Positions 1 to 9,100 of a stretch of 64,000 nt of DNA are shown here, piece by piece (position 1 is the stretch's first letter; every line of letters starts with the position of its first letter). The position numbers and the translations under genes are program-made. The notes beneath the pieces were generated by a model. The model saw nothing but the letters and a program-made list of their open reading frames with translations, did no database searches and had not been told where the DNA came from. The stretch is from Nitrospirota bacterium (GTDB lineage: Bacteria > Nitrospirota > UBA9217): assembly GCA_963663225.1 (NCBI GenBank), contig OY760142.1, positions 704,001 through 768,000 on the forward strand, given 5' to 3'.

Positions 1-987
1 GGGCAAGGCCGCACGGCGGGCAGACCACAGTTTGTCCCGTTCATCATCCGAGGTCGCCACTTTGAGGTCTCCATTGTTGGTCCTGACGACTTTTTGCACC
101 GCCTCTGCTTCCAGCTGCACGACGGCTTCTGCCATCCCATCCACCTCGATCAGCAGCAAGGCAGCGATATCGGTGGACAAACCTACTTTTGCATAGTCTT
201 CCACGGTCCGGATTGTTTTATTGTCCATAATTTCGAGGGTCGCAGGAATGACCTGAGCCGCGATAATTCCCGCCACGGTATTCCCCGCATCTTCCACCGT
301 TTTAAAGGTTGCCAGCATGGATCTGCGATATTTTGGACCGGGGATCAGTTTCGAGGTAATTTCAGTGATGAAGCCGAGAGTACCTTCGGAGCCGACAAAC
401 AAATTGGAAAAATCATACGCGGTGACATTTTTTACCGTCTTGCCGCCAAAGCGGACCTTATTGCCGTTTGCAAGGACCACTTCCATTCCCATGACATAAT
501 GCTTTGTAACCCCGTATTTCAGTCCCCGAAGACCTCCGGAATTCTGGGCCACGGAGCCGCCCATGGTCGCCGTGGTGACCGTACCGGGATCGGGCGGATA
601 CATCAAACCGTATTTCGCGACCGCATTATTGAGGTCCTGAATGATCACGCCGGGCTGGACCGTTGCGGTAAGGTTTTCCGCATCGACTTCGAGTATTTTA
701 TTCATGTGCTGAAAAGAAACAACCACTCCCTGCTTGAGAGGGACGCACGCACCGCAAAGATTCGTTCCTGCTCCTCTTGGATACAGAGCAACATTATTTT
801 CACGCGCCAGATTTACGATTTTTTGCACTTCTTCGGTACTCGACGGCATCACCACCACATCAGGCATCTGGCGGGGCATATCCGCGGTGGCGTCATAGCT
901 GTACGTCAACAAGTCGATTTTTTGCGTCAACATGTTCTCTTTACCAACAATGTCTCTCAGTTTTTCCACAATAGCCTTGTCAAGCAT
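1..987 (-). CDS. glcD: FAD-linked oxidase, GlcD/LdhD-like 2-hydroxyacid (glycolate/lactate) dehydrogenase subunit; 3' end runs off the window
   Basis: Not in the ORF track; translated by hand from ATG at 987 (SD AGGAG 996-1000): MLDKAIVEKLRDIVGKENML...YPRGAGTNLCG...YPPDPG...GGLRGLKYGVT...FVGSEGTLG, typical of the FAD_binding_4/GlcD family. Confidence 0.88.
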   Translation of the reverse strand, partial: MLDKAIVEKLRDIVGKENMLTQKIDLLTYSYDATADMPRQMPDVVVMPSSTEEVQKIVNLARENNVALYPRGAGTNLCGACVPLKQGVVVSFQHMNKILEVDAENLTATVQPGVIIQDLNNAVAKYGLMYPPDPGTVTTATMGGSVAQNSGGLRGLKYGVTKHYVMGMEVVLANGNKVRFGGKTVKNVTAYDFSNLFVGSEGTLGFITEITSKLIPGPKYRRSMLATFKTVEDAGNTVAGIIAAQVIPATLEIMDNKTIRTVEDYAKVGLSTDIAALLLIEVDGMAEAVVQLEAEAVQKVVRTNNGDLKVATSDDERDKLWSARRAALP

Positions 988-1013
988 AGTGCACTCTCCT
1001 CGTAAAATAAATT

Positions 1014-1076
1014 CTATCATACAGCTATCATACCAGTACTATTATCATACCAGTCTAGTGGTCAGACCACCAGACT
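1014..1076. promoter_or_regulatory. FadR/LldR-type operator array upstream of the glcD-like gene
   Basis: Palindrome AGTCT-A-GTGGTC-A-GACCAC-C-AGACT (1052-1076) with a TGGTCAGACCA core, plus TATCATAC(C)AG repeats at 1015, 1026 and 1043; next to a FadR gene. Confidence 0.8.
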
Positions 1077-1081
1077 AATAA

Positions 1082-1110
1082 TATTTACTCCTTACGCTTT
1101 ATATTGTCAA
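1082..1110 (-). promoter_or_regulatory. Putative sigma70 promoter of the glcD-like gene
   Basis: TTGACA (1110-1105), 17 nt spacer, weak -10 TAAATA; operators lie just downstream. Confidence 0.45.
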
Positions 1111-1340
1111 GCTGTTTTTACGTAAATTTTGCTTACTGTTGCGATGAGAGTCTGAGAAAAAACCGTTATGCCAACAAAACGGTCAGAAGGTTTTTTGTAG
1201 GAAGCCGAAAGGATTTTCTTATTGCACAGAACGACTATAACGAACCGTTTGTACGTTCTGCTCCTGCTCCATCAGCTGAAACTGAGGGATGTATGATTTT
1301 TGCTTTTTCTTATAAAACAGCGCAAGCACAGTATAAATGG

Positions 1341-2054
1341 TTAACCCATTCTTTTCGTCATCTCGCGTTCCGCATACGTCAGGTGCTCAAGCATGCTTTT
1401 TGCCGCTTTGTCTGCATTATGGTTTTTAATTGCCTCATAAATGCGGATATGCTGGTCGATGATTTTTTGAGGGTTGTGCGCGTCAGTGTACAGCTGTCTT
1501 CGCGCTGCGGAAACAGACCGTGAAAAGTCCTCAGTGATGGTTCTGAAAAGCCTGATCAGCAAAGCATTATGTGTCGCCTCTGCTACGGCATAATGAAAAG
1601 CCGTGTCGAACTCCTCTCCTTTTTCAGAATCCTGGACGTTCAATCGCTCTTTCATTTTTTCAAGGGCTATCTTGATCTGATGGATCTCTTCGTCGGTGGC
1701 AAGGGTGGCGGCCATTCTTGCTGAAGCCGTTTCGAAAATTCTGCGGATCTCAAGCATTTCAAGAAGTGAGCTTTTTTCGACGGCGAGAAACATCGCCAGA
1801 GGCTGAATGATTTCGTCGGTGTTGGTGTCCCGGACAAAGGTCCCGTCACCCGGCCGAATTTCCACAAACCCCATCATTTCAAGGGCTCTGATCGCTTCCC
1901 GGACCGAAGCCCTGCTCACCTGCAGTTTCTCGGCAAGTTCGCGTTCAGGCAGAAGCTTATCACCAGGTTTCAAGGCGCCGCCGGTCATCAACTGCCGGAT
2001 CTGCTCCACGACCTCTTCATATATTTTCTTGGCCTTGATCGGTTTAAAGTCCAT
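1341..2054 (-). CDS. GntR family, FadR subfamily transcriptional regulator (LldR/GlcC/LutR-like)
   Basis: wHTH LKPGDKLLPERELAEKLQVSRASVREA; FCD domain DTAFHYAVAEATHN. Confidence 0.93.
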   Translation of the reverse strand: MDFKPIKAKKIYEEVVEQIRQLMTGGALKPGDKLLPERELAEKLQVSRASVREAIRALEMMGFVEIRPGDGTFVRDTNTDEIIQPLAMFLAVEKSSLLEMLEIRRIFETASARMAATLATDEEIHQIKIALEKMKERLNVQDSEKGEEFDTAFHYAVAEATHNALLIRLFRTITEDFSRSVSAARRQLYTDAHNPQKIIDQHIRIYEAIKNHNADKAAKSMLEHLTYAEREMTKRMG

Positions 2055-2130
2055 ATGCAACACCCTGTCCTGAAAGATTATTACAAAAAAAAATAATAAG
2101 CAAGCTTAAAAAAACGAAATGGAAGCGGCA

Positions 2131-3507
2131 TCATCCCACGACATTATACTCGCGAACGCGCAGTTTGACGCCGAGGCGCTCGGCAATCGCGCGACAGGCC
2201 GCAATATCCACTTCGGGAAGCGCCACTACGGTGACGGAAACATCCGGTACATACTCTTTTGCTTTGGCGATAAAATCCAGAACCGCGGCATATGTTCCCA
2301 TGCCAAAATGGGGCTGGGTTACCTTGTTATAAAGTTCTTCATTCTGGGCGTTCAGGCTGACGCTTACCGCATCGACAAGACCGGCAAGTTCCGGCAGAAT
2401 ATTGCGTTTATGGATCAGGTTCGCATGCCCGTTTGTGTCAATACGAACCCTGCCTCCCCTTCGCTTGACTTCCGCAGCCACGGTCTTGACAACATCAAGC
2501 CGCAAAAGCGGCTCGCCGTACCCGCAGAATACGATTTCCGCATACTTCGCGGGGTCGTTTATCTGCTTGATAATTTCCTCGGGTGTCGGTTCCTGGATCA
2601 AGCGGAGATTGTGCCCTTTTACGAAGTCGGTGGAATATCGCACGCAGAAAGTGCAGGCAGCCGTGCAGCGGTTCGTAATATTAAGATATAAAGAGTTCCG
2701 GATGGGATAGGTTATCAATCCCTGCCGGGAAATTACGCCAATGCCGAACAGCTGCATGGCATTATAACTCGTGATTCTCGCAACATCGTCCCGGGAAAGC
2801 CCCTTGATCAGCGCTATGGCCTCGGCTGTATGGGACACATATGCAGGCTCATTTCGTTTTCCGCGCTTCGGCTGCGGAGCAAGATATGGCGCGTCCGTTT
2901 CTATCAGCATATGCTCTATGGGTATCTGCCGCACCACTTCACGCAGCACGTCTGCTTTCGGGTATGTCACGGGTCCGGCAATGGAAATATGGAACCCCAT
3001 CTCAATTACTTTGCGTGCCATTGCCGGGTCGCCTGAAAAGCAGTGTATGACCCCGCCCAGGCCGGGGGACCATTCCTCGGAAAGAATTTGGAGCACGTCT
3101 TCATGAGCATCCCGATCGTGAATAATGACCGGAAGATTGAATGCGCGGGCCTCACGCAGCATGATGCGAAGCTGCTTTTTCTGATCCTCACGGGGCGAGT
3201 GTTCATAATAGTAATCAAGCCCAACTTCTCCATAAGCGACCACTTTCGGGTGCTGCGCAAGAACGCGCAACGTCTCGGAGGATTGCGGCGGAGCATCTTT
3301 AATATCGTGCGGATGGACGCCAACCGCAGCATAGACGCAATCATATTGTTCTGCAAGCGACACTGCTGCGCGGCTGGACTCCACTGTCGTTCCGATAGCA
3401 ACAATATACTCGACACCCGTTTCCCGTGCCCGTGCAATCACGGAGTCGCGATCGGCGTCAAATTCGTGCGCATCAAGATGCGCGTGGGTATCTATAAGCA
3501 TTGCCAT
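2131..3507 (-). CDS. TatD family hydrolase fused to a TatD-associated radical SAM domain
   Basis: DTHAH, GVHPH, GEVGLDY, ETDAPY motifs; C-terminal YLNITNRCTAACTFC (CxxxCxxC) and FCGYGEP. Confidence 0.92.
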   Translation of the reverse strand: MAMLIDTHAHLDAHEFDADRDSVIARARETGVEYIVAIGTTVESSRAAVSLAEQYDCVYAAVGVHPHDIKDAPPQSSETLRVLAQHPKVVAYGEVGLDYYYEHSPREDQKKQLRIMLREARAFNLPVIIHDRDAHEDVLQILSEEWSPGLGGVIHCFSGDPAMARKVIEMGFHISIAGPVTYPKADVLREVVRQIPIEHMLIETDAPYLAPQPKRGKRNEPAYVSHTAEAIALIKGLSRDDVARITSYNAMQLFGIGVISRQGLITYPIRNSLYLNITNRCTAACTFCVRYSTDFVKGHNLRLIQEPTPEEIIKQINDPAKYAEIVFCGYGEPLLRLDVVKTVAAEVKRRGGRVRIDTNGHANLIHKRNILPELAGLVDAVSVSLNAQNEELYNKVTQPHFGMGTYAAVLDFIAKAKEYVPDVSVTVVALPEVDIAACRAIAERLGVKLRVREYNVVG

Positions 3508-3729
3508 AATCTACCTTCTCAAAAAAAGAGCGAGAGCAGCCATGGATTGAAAAAAGAGGAAGTAGGATTTAAACCGAATAAAGCTGCTGATATAGTGTAT
3601 GGTGAACTGGGCAAAGGTTCTGGAATTATTCAATCATTGGTTCGGAATATTCTTGAAAAAATTCTCGTTTCCTATCCATCAGAACCAAACCGCGACCTGC
3701 TTCTCGATTGTCCATAAAATGCAAAACCG

Positions 3730-5694
3730 CTATTTTACCTTGCTTCCCGGTTTTATTTCCCGGTCCAGCGTGATCACCGACAACATCTCGCTCGTGCTGG
3801 CGGCAAGGAGCATTCCCTGGGATTCCACACCCATAAGTTTTGCAGGCTTCAGGTTGGCCACCACTATAATGGATTTACCGGTAAGTTCTTCCGGCTGATA
3901 CGCTTTACCGATGCCGGCAACCACCTGCCGCTTTTCAGCGCCGATATCCACGATAAGCTTCACCAGTTTGTCGGATTTTTCCACGCGTTCAGCCGACAGG
4001 ATCTTTCCTACGCGGAGGTCTACCTTGATGAAATCCTCTATCCCGATCAGCGCCGATTCCTCAAGAGCGGGCTTTTCCTCTGTTTTCTTCTGTTCTTCCT
4101 GATTTTCCATCTTCTTCTCCGTATTCTTCTGCCGGTCTATCCTCGGAAACAGTTGCGCACCCTGCTGCACCTCTCTGCCGGATGCCAATTTCCCCCAGCG
4201 TTGTTCTGCACTCATGGTGCACATTTCAATCCGTACACTCAAGCCAAGAGCGTCCCATATCTTCTGGGACGTCAGCGGCATTACGGGAAACAAATATAAT
4301 CCAATCAGCCTCAGAGACTCCGCGAGATTGTAAAGCACGGTCCCGAGCCGCTCAAAATCCTTCTTCTTTGCCAGTGACCAGGGAGCGTTCACCTCCACAT
4401 AACGGTTTGCGGCCGTCACCAAAGCCCAGCAATTCTGAAGGTATTTTGTGAATGCGAGTTTGCCGAGATCTTCGTCTATCTTTTCCGGCAGGGTGGAGGC
4501 AAGCCCAGGCAATTCCACATCCGAAGGATGCTGTGCGCCCACCGGAGGTATCCTGCCGTCAAAATATTTAGCAATCATGGTAAGCACCCGTGAAAGCAGA
4601 TTCCCGAGATCGTTCGCGAGCTCTGTATTGAATCGGGTGATAAACGTCTCCGTGGAAAAATCGCCATCCAACCCAAAGGGGACTTCGCGCAGCAGAAAAT
4701 AGCGGAAGGCATCAGGACCATACGAATCGGCAATTTCGCCTGGATTGATTACATTGCCGAGCGACTTTGACATTTTTTTTCCGTCCTTGGTCCACCACCC
4801 GTGGGCAAATATGGTTCCGGGAAGCGGCAAGCCGAGCGCCATAAGCATCGTGGACCAATAGACACTGTGCGTCGTCAGAATGTCTTTCCCCACGAGGTGG
4901 TAATCCGCAGGCCACCAATATCGCTCACGAGCCGACTGGTCGGAGGATCCCTCCGCAGGAGGACTCAGATAACGCGTCGCTGAAAAATAGTTTACCAGCG
5001 CATCAAACCATACATAGGTAACAAAATCCCGATCGAAAGGCAACTCAATACCCCAGGACAATCGTGCCTTGGGGCGGGAAATGCATAAATCGCCGAGTTG
5101 CTGCGTCCTCAGGAATCCGAGCACTTCGTTTCGTCTGCTCTCCGGGTGAATGAAATTTTTATTTTCCTCGATATGCCTGATAAGTTGCTGCTGATACTTG
5201 CCCATGAGGAAAAAGTAGTTGACTTCGGAAATCCTCTCTACCGGCCTGCCGCAGTCCGGACATTTCCCTTCTACGATTTCTTTTTCGGTCCAGAAGCGCT
5301 CGTCGGGGGTACAATACCATCCTTCATATTTTCTTCTTTCAATCTCACCCTTGTCGTATAACTTCTGAAGAAGCTCCTGCACCACGGCAATGTGTGCATT
5401 ATCCGTGGTCCGGATAAATGCATCGTTGGTAATATCAAGCTTTTTCCATAGCTGCCTGAAATTTTCAACCATGCTGTCCGCATGAGACTTGGGTGTAAGA
5501 CCCCGTTCCTGGGCTGCTTTTTCAACTTTCTGGCCATGTTCGTCCGTTCCGGTCAGAAAGAAAACCTTATCGCCAAGCAGCCGATGATAGCGTGCAAGAG
5601 TGTCGGCGGCAATTGTCGTATATGCGTGTCCGATATGGGGAACGTCGTTTACATAGTAAATAGGGGTCGTAATATAGAAATTTCTACTCGCCAT
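3730..5694 (-). CDS. metG: Methionine--tRNA ligase with C-terminal tRNA-binding domain
   Basis: YITTPIYYVN, HIGH, KMSKS and C-terminal OB fold; start taken at MASRNFY. Confidence 0.97.
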   Translation of the reverse strand: MASRNFYITTPIYYVNDVPHIGHAYTTIAADTLARYHRLLGDKVFFLTGTDEHGQKVEKAAQERGLTPKSHADSMVENFRQLWKKLDITNDAFIRTTDNAHIAVVQELLQKLYDKGEIERRKYEGWYCTPDERFWTEKEIVEGKCPDCGRPVERISEVNYFFLMGKYQQQLIRHIEENKNFIHPESRRNEVLGFLRTQQLGDLCISRPKARLSWGIELPFDRDFVTYVWFDALVNYFSATRYLSPPAEGSSDQSARERYWWPADYHLVGKDILTTHSVYWSTMLMALGLPLPGTIFAHGWWTKDGKKMSKSLGNVINPGEIADSYGPDAFRYFLLREVPFGLDGDFSTETFITRFNTELANDLGNLLSRVLTMIAKYFDGRIPPVGAQHPSDVELPGLASTLPEKIDEDLGKLAFTKYLQNCWALVTAANRYVEVNAPWSLAKKKDFERLGTVLYNLAESLRLIGLYLFPVMPLTSQKIWDALGLSVRIEMCTMSAEQRWGKLASGREVQQGAQLFPRIDRQKNTEKKMENQEEQKKTEEKPALEESALIGIEDFIKVDLRVGKILSAERVEKSDKLVKLIVDIGAEKRQVVAGIGKAYQPEELTGKSIIVVANLKPAKLMGVESQGMLLAASTSEMLSVITLDREIKPGSKVK

Positions 5695-5776
5695 GTTATT
5701 TTGTATTCTGCAGTAAATTTGTCCTCTATAAAATATCTGATCAGGAGCAATTTGGTTCACCGTGAATCAGATCGTA

Positions 5777-6955
5777 TTATGTTTTTTCAGGCTCCGGTGG
5801 TTTGCTGTCGCCTTGTTGTTGGTTCTTCTTTTTCTTGCGCCAGAATCTGCGTCTTTTTTTCTTGTTTGATTTCTCTCCATTTTGCTGAGGCTGCGGGGGG
5901 CCCTGCGCCTGCAAAGATGGCTCTTTTTCAATTGTCTGATGCTGCATATCCTTGAGCTGCTCCGGCGAAGGCTGCGGCTTCCTCTCTTGCGGGAAAGCTT
6001 TTCGTGTCTCGGTTTTGCCGACGATTTTTTGACCGGCCTCCTTTGGTTTTTCCTGCCGTCGGTCTCGCTGCCGTTTCTTTTCTTCCGCCAGCCGCCGTTC
6101 TTCTGCAGCGCTGCGCTCTTCCTCAATGCGGTTTGCCTCTTCTTTTTTGTCTTTTGCTACCGCTTCCCGCATATCGGCGAGGTCTTTTTTAATCTCGTCA
6201 TACATCTCATACTCATACGACAGGCAGCAGAGGAGCCTCCCGCAGACGCCCGATATTTTCGCCGGATTCAGCACCATCTCCTGTTTTTTTGCCATCCGGA
6301 TTGAAACCGGTTCAAAATTTTTAAGAAAGGACGCGCAGCAGAGTTCCCTGCCGCAAGAACCGAATCCGCCAATCAGCCGCGCCACATCGCGCACGCCAAT
6401 CTGGCGCATCTCAATCCTGCTCTTGAGTTTATGCGCAAGTTCCTTGACCAATTCCCGAAAATCAACCCTCGTTTCGGAAAAGAAATAGAAAACCGCCCGG
6501 CTTGCATCAAAAGAATATTCCACGCGAATCAGTTTCATGGTCAGTTCGCGTTCGGCAATCATCTCCTGTGCTATCGCAAACGCCTCTTCTTCGTGCGTCC
6601 TGTTTGCTTCCTCGTGGGCGACATCATCGGCGGTTGCTTTGCGAAGAATTCTGCGCAAGGTTTTCAGCGTTTGTCCTTTTTCGGGCCGGGTGTCTGCGGA
6701 GGCCTTTATTTCCTCCACATCAGTCTCCACTTCCAATCCTTCGGGACCGGTGGTAGGCAATGTTGCAACGGCCGCGGCTTCGATTTTTTTGACACGAACC
6801 ACCTGGCCAAAACCAAGTCCTCGGTCTGAGTCTACAATTACCTTGTCTCCGACGGCAACATTGACTCCGGCGTCGTCGAAGTCATAGACTTTCCAATTTT
6901 CCCGGAAGCGAACACCTGCCACTTTTATAAAATTGTCTGTCTGCTGTTTTTCCAT
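5777..6955 (-). CDS. ricT: PSP1-domain protein RicT/YaaT with long charged C-terminal tail
   Basis: RVDFRELVKELA, RIEMRQIGVRD, GSCGRELCC, KISGVCGRLLCCLSYE; usual position between holB and metG; start uncertain (6955 or 6985). Confidence 0.9.
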   Translation of the reverse strand: MEKQQTDNFIKVAGVRFRENWKVYDFDDAGVNVAVGDKVIVDSDRGLGFGQVVRVKKIEAAAVATLPTTGPEGLEVETDVEEIKASADTRPEKGQTLKTLRRILRKATADDVAHEEANRTHEEEAFAIAQEMIAERELTMKLIRVEYSFDASRAVFYFFSETRVDFRELVKELAHKLKSRIEMRQIGVRDVARLIGGFGSCGRELCCASFLKNFEPVSIRMAKKQEMVLNPAKISGVCGRLLCCLSYEYEMYDEIKKDLADMREAVAKDKKEEANRIEEERSAAEERRLAEEKKRQRDRRQEKPKEAGQKIVGKTETRKAFPQERKPQPSPEQLKDMQHQTIEKEPSLQAQGPPQPQQNGEKSNKKKRRRFWRKKKKNQQQGDSKPPEPEKT

Positions 6956-6992
6956 GTGTTCTTTCTCGTGCTGTTTTTCCAGCAAAATCGAT

Positions 6993-7988
6993 TTATTCTT
7001 TTCCCAGTTTTAGAAACAGGTTCTCAGCCACCAGTTGAGCGCTCACATGGCGTCCGAGCAAAACCCTGCTCGCAACAAACAGCTCCATAAAGGCCAGCAG
7101 TTTCTGAAGAGGAAACCGCGCTTCCCATTCCCTGCACCGTTCCCTGTCGAGTGCGTACACAAGGAGTGCCGGATCGCCGGTCAACCGGAAAACTATTGCA
7201 TCACGAAGCCGCTCAACCCCTAAATCAAGCAGCCGTTCCAGCCGTTCCCGGTCTTTTGAAACCGCGTCGGCATGCGCGAGCACATCCGAAAAATTTACCG
7301 AGGAGAGACCGGATAAAAACGCCGTGATTTCTTCCCGGTCCGACTTTTCCTGTTCTACATCCATCTCAAATCCACGACCGATGCTCCCCTGGGCAAGCGC
7401 CGACAGAAACCAGGCGTTTTCTTCTGTAAGTTCGCATTTTTTCATAAACACGTGCGCGAGCGTACGCCGGGGAAGTGAATGAAATTTTATTTCCTGGCAC
7501 CGGGACCGAATGGTCGCCAGCAAGCTCTGCGGCAACGACGTGACCAGAATAATCAGTGAGTCTCCCGGCGGCTCTTCAAGTGTTTTTAAAAAAGCATTCG
7601 ATGCAGCCTGGTTCAGGCTCTCGGCCCTGTCCACGATTAATATTTTTTTCGATCCCTCGAATGGTTTAAGCGCAAGGTAATCCTGCACCTGCCGAATCTG
7701 ATCAATCTTAATATCATCGCCGTCCGGTTCCAGAAAATGCACATCCGGATGGCTCCGCGAAGCAATCTTTCGGCATGACGGACAGACACCGCAACCGCCG
7801 TCCGGCGACGCCTCCCGGCAGTTGAGAGCGGCCGCAAGCGCAAAAGCGGTCATTTTTTTTCCGACACCCTTCTCGCCGGAAAATAAATAGGCGTGTGCCA
7901 ATGACCCGTTTGTGAGCGCCCGCCTCAGGATGCGGACGGGCTGTTCATGACCTTCTATTGCAGCAAATGAATTATCGGATGACTTCAT
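6993..7988 (-). CDS. holB: DNA polymerase III subunit delta'
   Basis: HAYLFSGEKGVGK, CGVCPSC, HPDV, NAFLKTLEEPP, TIRSRC. Confidence 0.95.
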   Translation of the reverse strand: MKSSDNSFAAIEGHEQPVRILRRALTNGSLAHAYLFSGEKGVGKKMTAFALAAALNCREASPDGGCGVCPSCRKIASRSHPDVHFLEPDGDDIKIDQIRQVQDYLALKPFEGSKKILIVDRAESLNQAASNAFLKTLEEPPGDSLIILVTSLPQSLLATIRSRCQEIKFHSLPRRTLAHVFMKKCELTEENAWFLSALAQGSIGRGFEMDVEQEKSDREEITAFLSGLSSVNFSDVLAHADAVSKDRERLERLLDLGVERLRDAIVFRLTGDPALLVYALDRERCREWEARFPLQKLLAFMELFVASRVLLGRHVSAQLVAENLFLKLGKE

Positions 7989-8033
7989 GGTAAATAACAA
8001 AAAACAACAAAAGCAGCTTCCCCCGGCGGCCGG

Positions 8034-8438
8034 CTATTTAAACTCCGGCATGAGGCTCATCAGTCTCCAGCCCTGAATTCCCTGTTCGTCTTTATATGCC
8101 CACTCCTGCGTATCTCGCAGGGTTTTTACTTTGGTAGTAGAGAGAACATAGTAATCGACTTCAACTTCCACAATCGCCTTGCGCCTGATTTCATCATACG
8201 CCGTACTGACGATTCGGGAGTCCACAATTCTTACTTTTTTTGCTGTTTGTGCCCGTTGCCGGGCATCCTGTTTCAGAGAGTCGGTAACAAACGCGTTTGC
8301 GGTATCCAGGTCATTCCAGCGATAATAACTATTGTATTTTCTGAGGCTGTCATCGAATTTACCCCGGAGATCATAAACATAGTTACTACATGCGACAAGG
8401 GTGGTTAATGCGATAAGCGCATAAAACAGCTTTTTCAT
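8034..8438 (-). CDS. Putative lipoprotein of unknown function
   Basis: MKK, hydrophobic stretch, lipobox LVAC; SD GGAGG; co-oriented between tmk and holB. Confidence 0.8.
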   Translation of the reverse strand: MKKLFYALIALTTLVACSNYVYDLRGKFDDSLRKYNSYYRWNDLDTANAFVTDSLKQDARQRAQTAKKVRIVDSRIVSTAYDEIRRKAIVEVEVDYYVLSTTKVKTLRDTQEWAYKDEQGIQGWRLMSLMPEFK

Positions 8439-8464
8439 ATTTCCCTCCGAAAAGAGACGATGTG

Positions 8465-9100
8465 TTATATGACGGCATCGACGATCGTTCGAATGGTTGC
8501 CTGTATTGAATCCATTGATAACGATGCATCCACAATCCGAACTCGGTCTGGTTCTCGACCGGCCAATGCAAGATACCCTTGTCTTACTCGCTCATGAAAT
8601 GCTATTTTTTCGTTCTCAAACCGGGACTCCGCCTCAAGCCCGCAACAGGCATTTCTCTTGTGTGCCCGCTCGACTCCTTCGCCGGCATCAATATCAAGAA
8701 GAATAGTAAGATCGGGACGGATTCCGGCTGTTACAATCCGGTCTATTTCGCCGATCATTTCCTGCGAAAGACCCCGTCCATAGCCCTGATAGGCAAGCGT
8801 TGCGTCCGAGAAGCGATCACACAGAACAATCTTGCCTGCTGCACGCGCGGGATAAATAACTTCGTGCAGATGTTGCGCTCTGCTCGCCGCATAGAGAAGA
8901 AGTTCCGCAGCAGGATTCAGCGCTGTGTTCTCCGGGTTGAGCAAAATTTTTCTCACCTGGTCGCCGATCGGCGTTCCGCCCGGTTCCCGGGTGAGCATAA
9001 CTTCCTTGCCCCCGGACTTCAGATAGTTTGCAAGCAGGATTATTTGGGTGGATTTCCCGGAGCCTTCGATCCCCTCGAAGGTAATGAACCTTCCCTTCAT
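8465..9100 (-). CDS. tmk: Thymidylate kinase
   Basis: FITFEGIEGSGKST, TREPGGT, CDRFSDATLAYQG. Confidence 0.97.
   Translation of the reverse strand: MKGRFITFEGIEGSGKSTQIILLANYLKSGGKEVMLTREPGGTPIGDQVRKILLNPENTALNPAAELLLYAASRAQHLHEVIYPARAAGKIVLCDRFSDATLAYQGYGRGLSQEMIGEIDRIVTAGIRPDLTILLDIDAGEGVERAHKRNACCGLEAESRFENEKIAFHERVRQGYLALAGREPDRVRIVDASLSMDSIQATIRTIVDAVI

Noticed and set aside
94-1005. 303 aa plus-strand ORF in the track
   Set aside because: Antisense shadow of the minus-strand glcD-like gene, which has clear family motifs and an SD.
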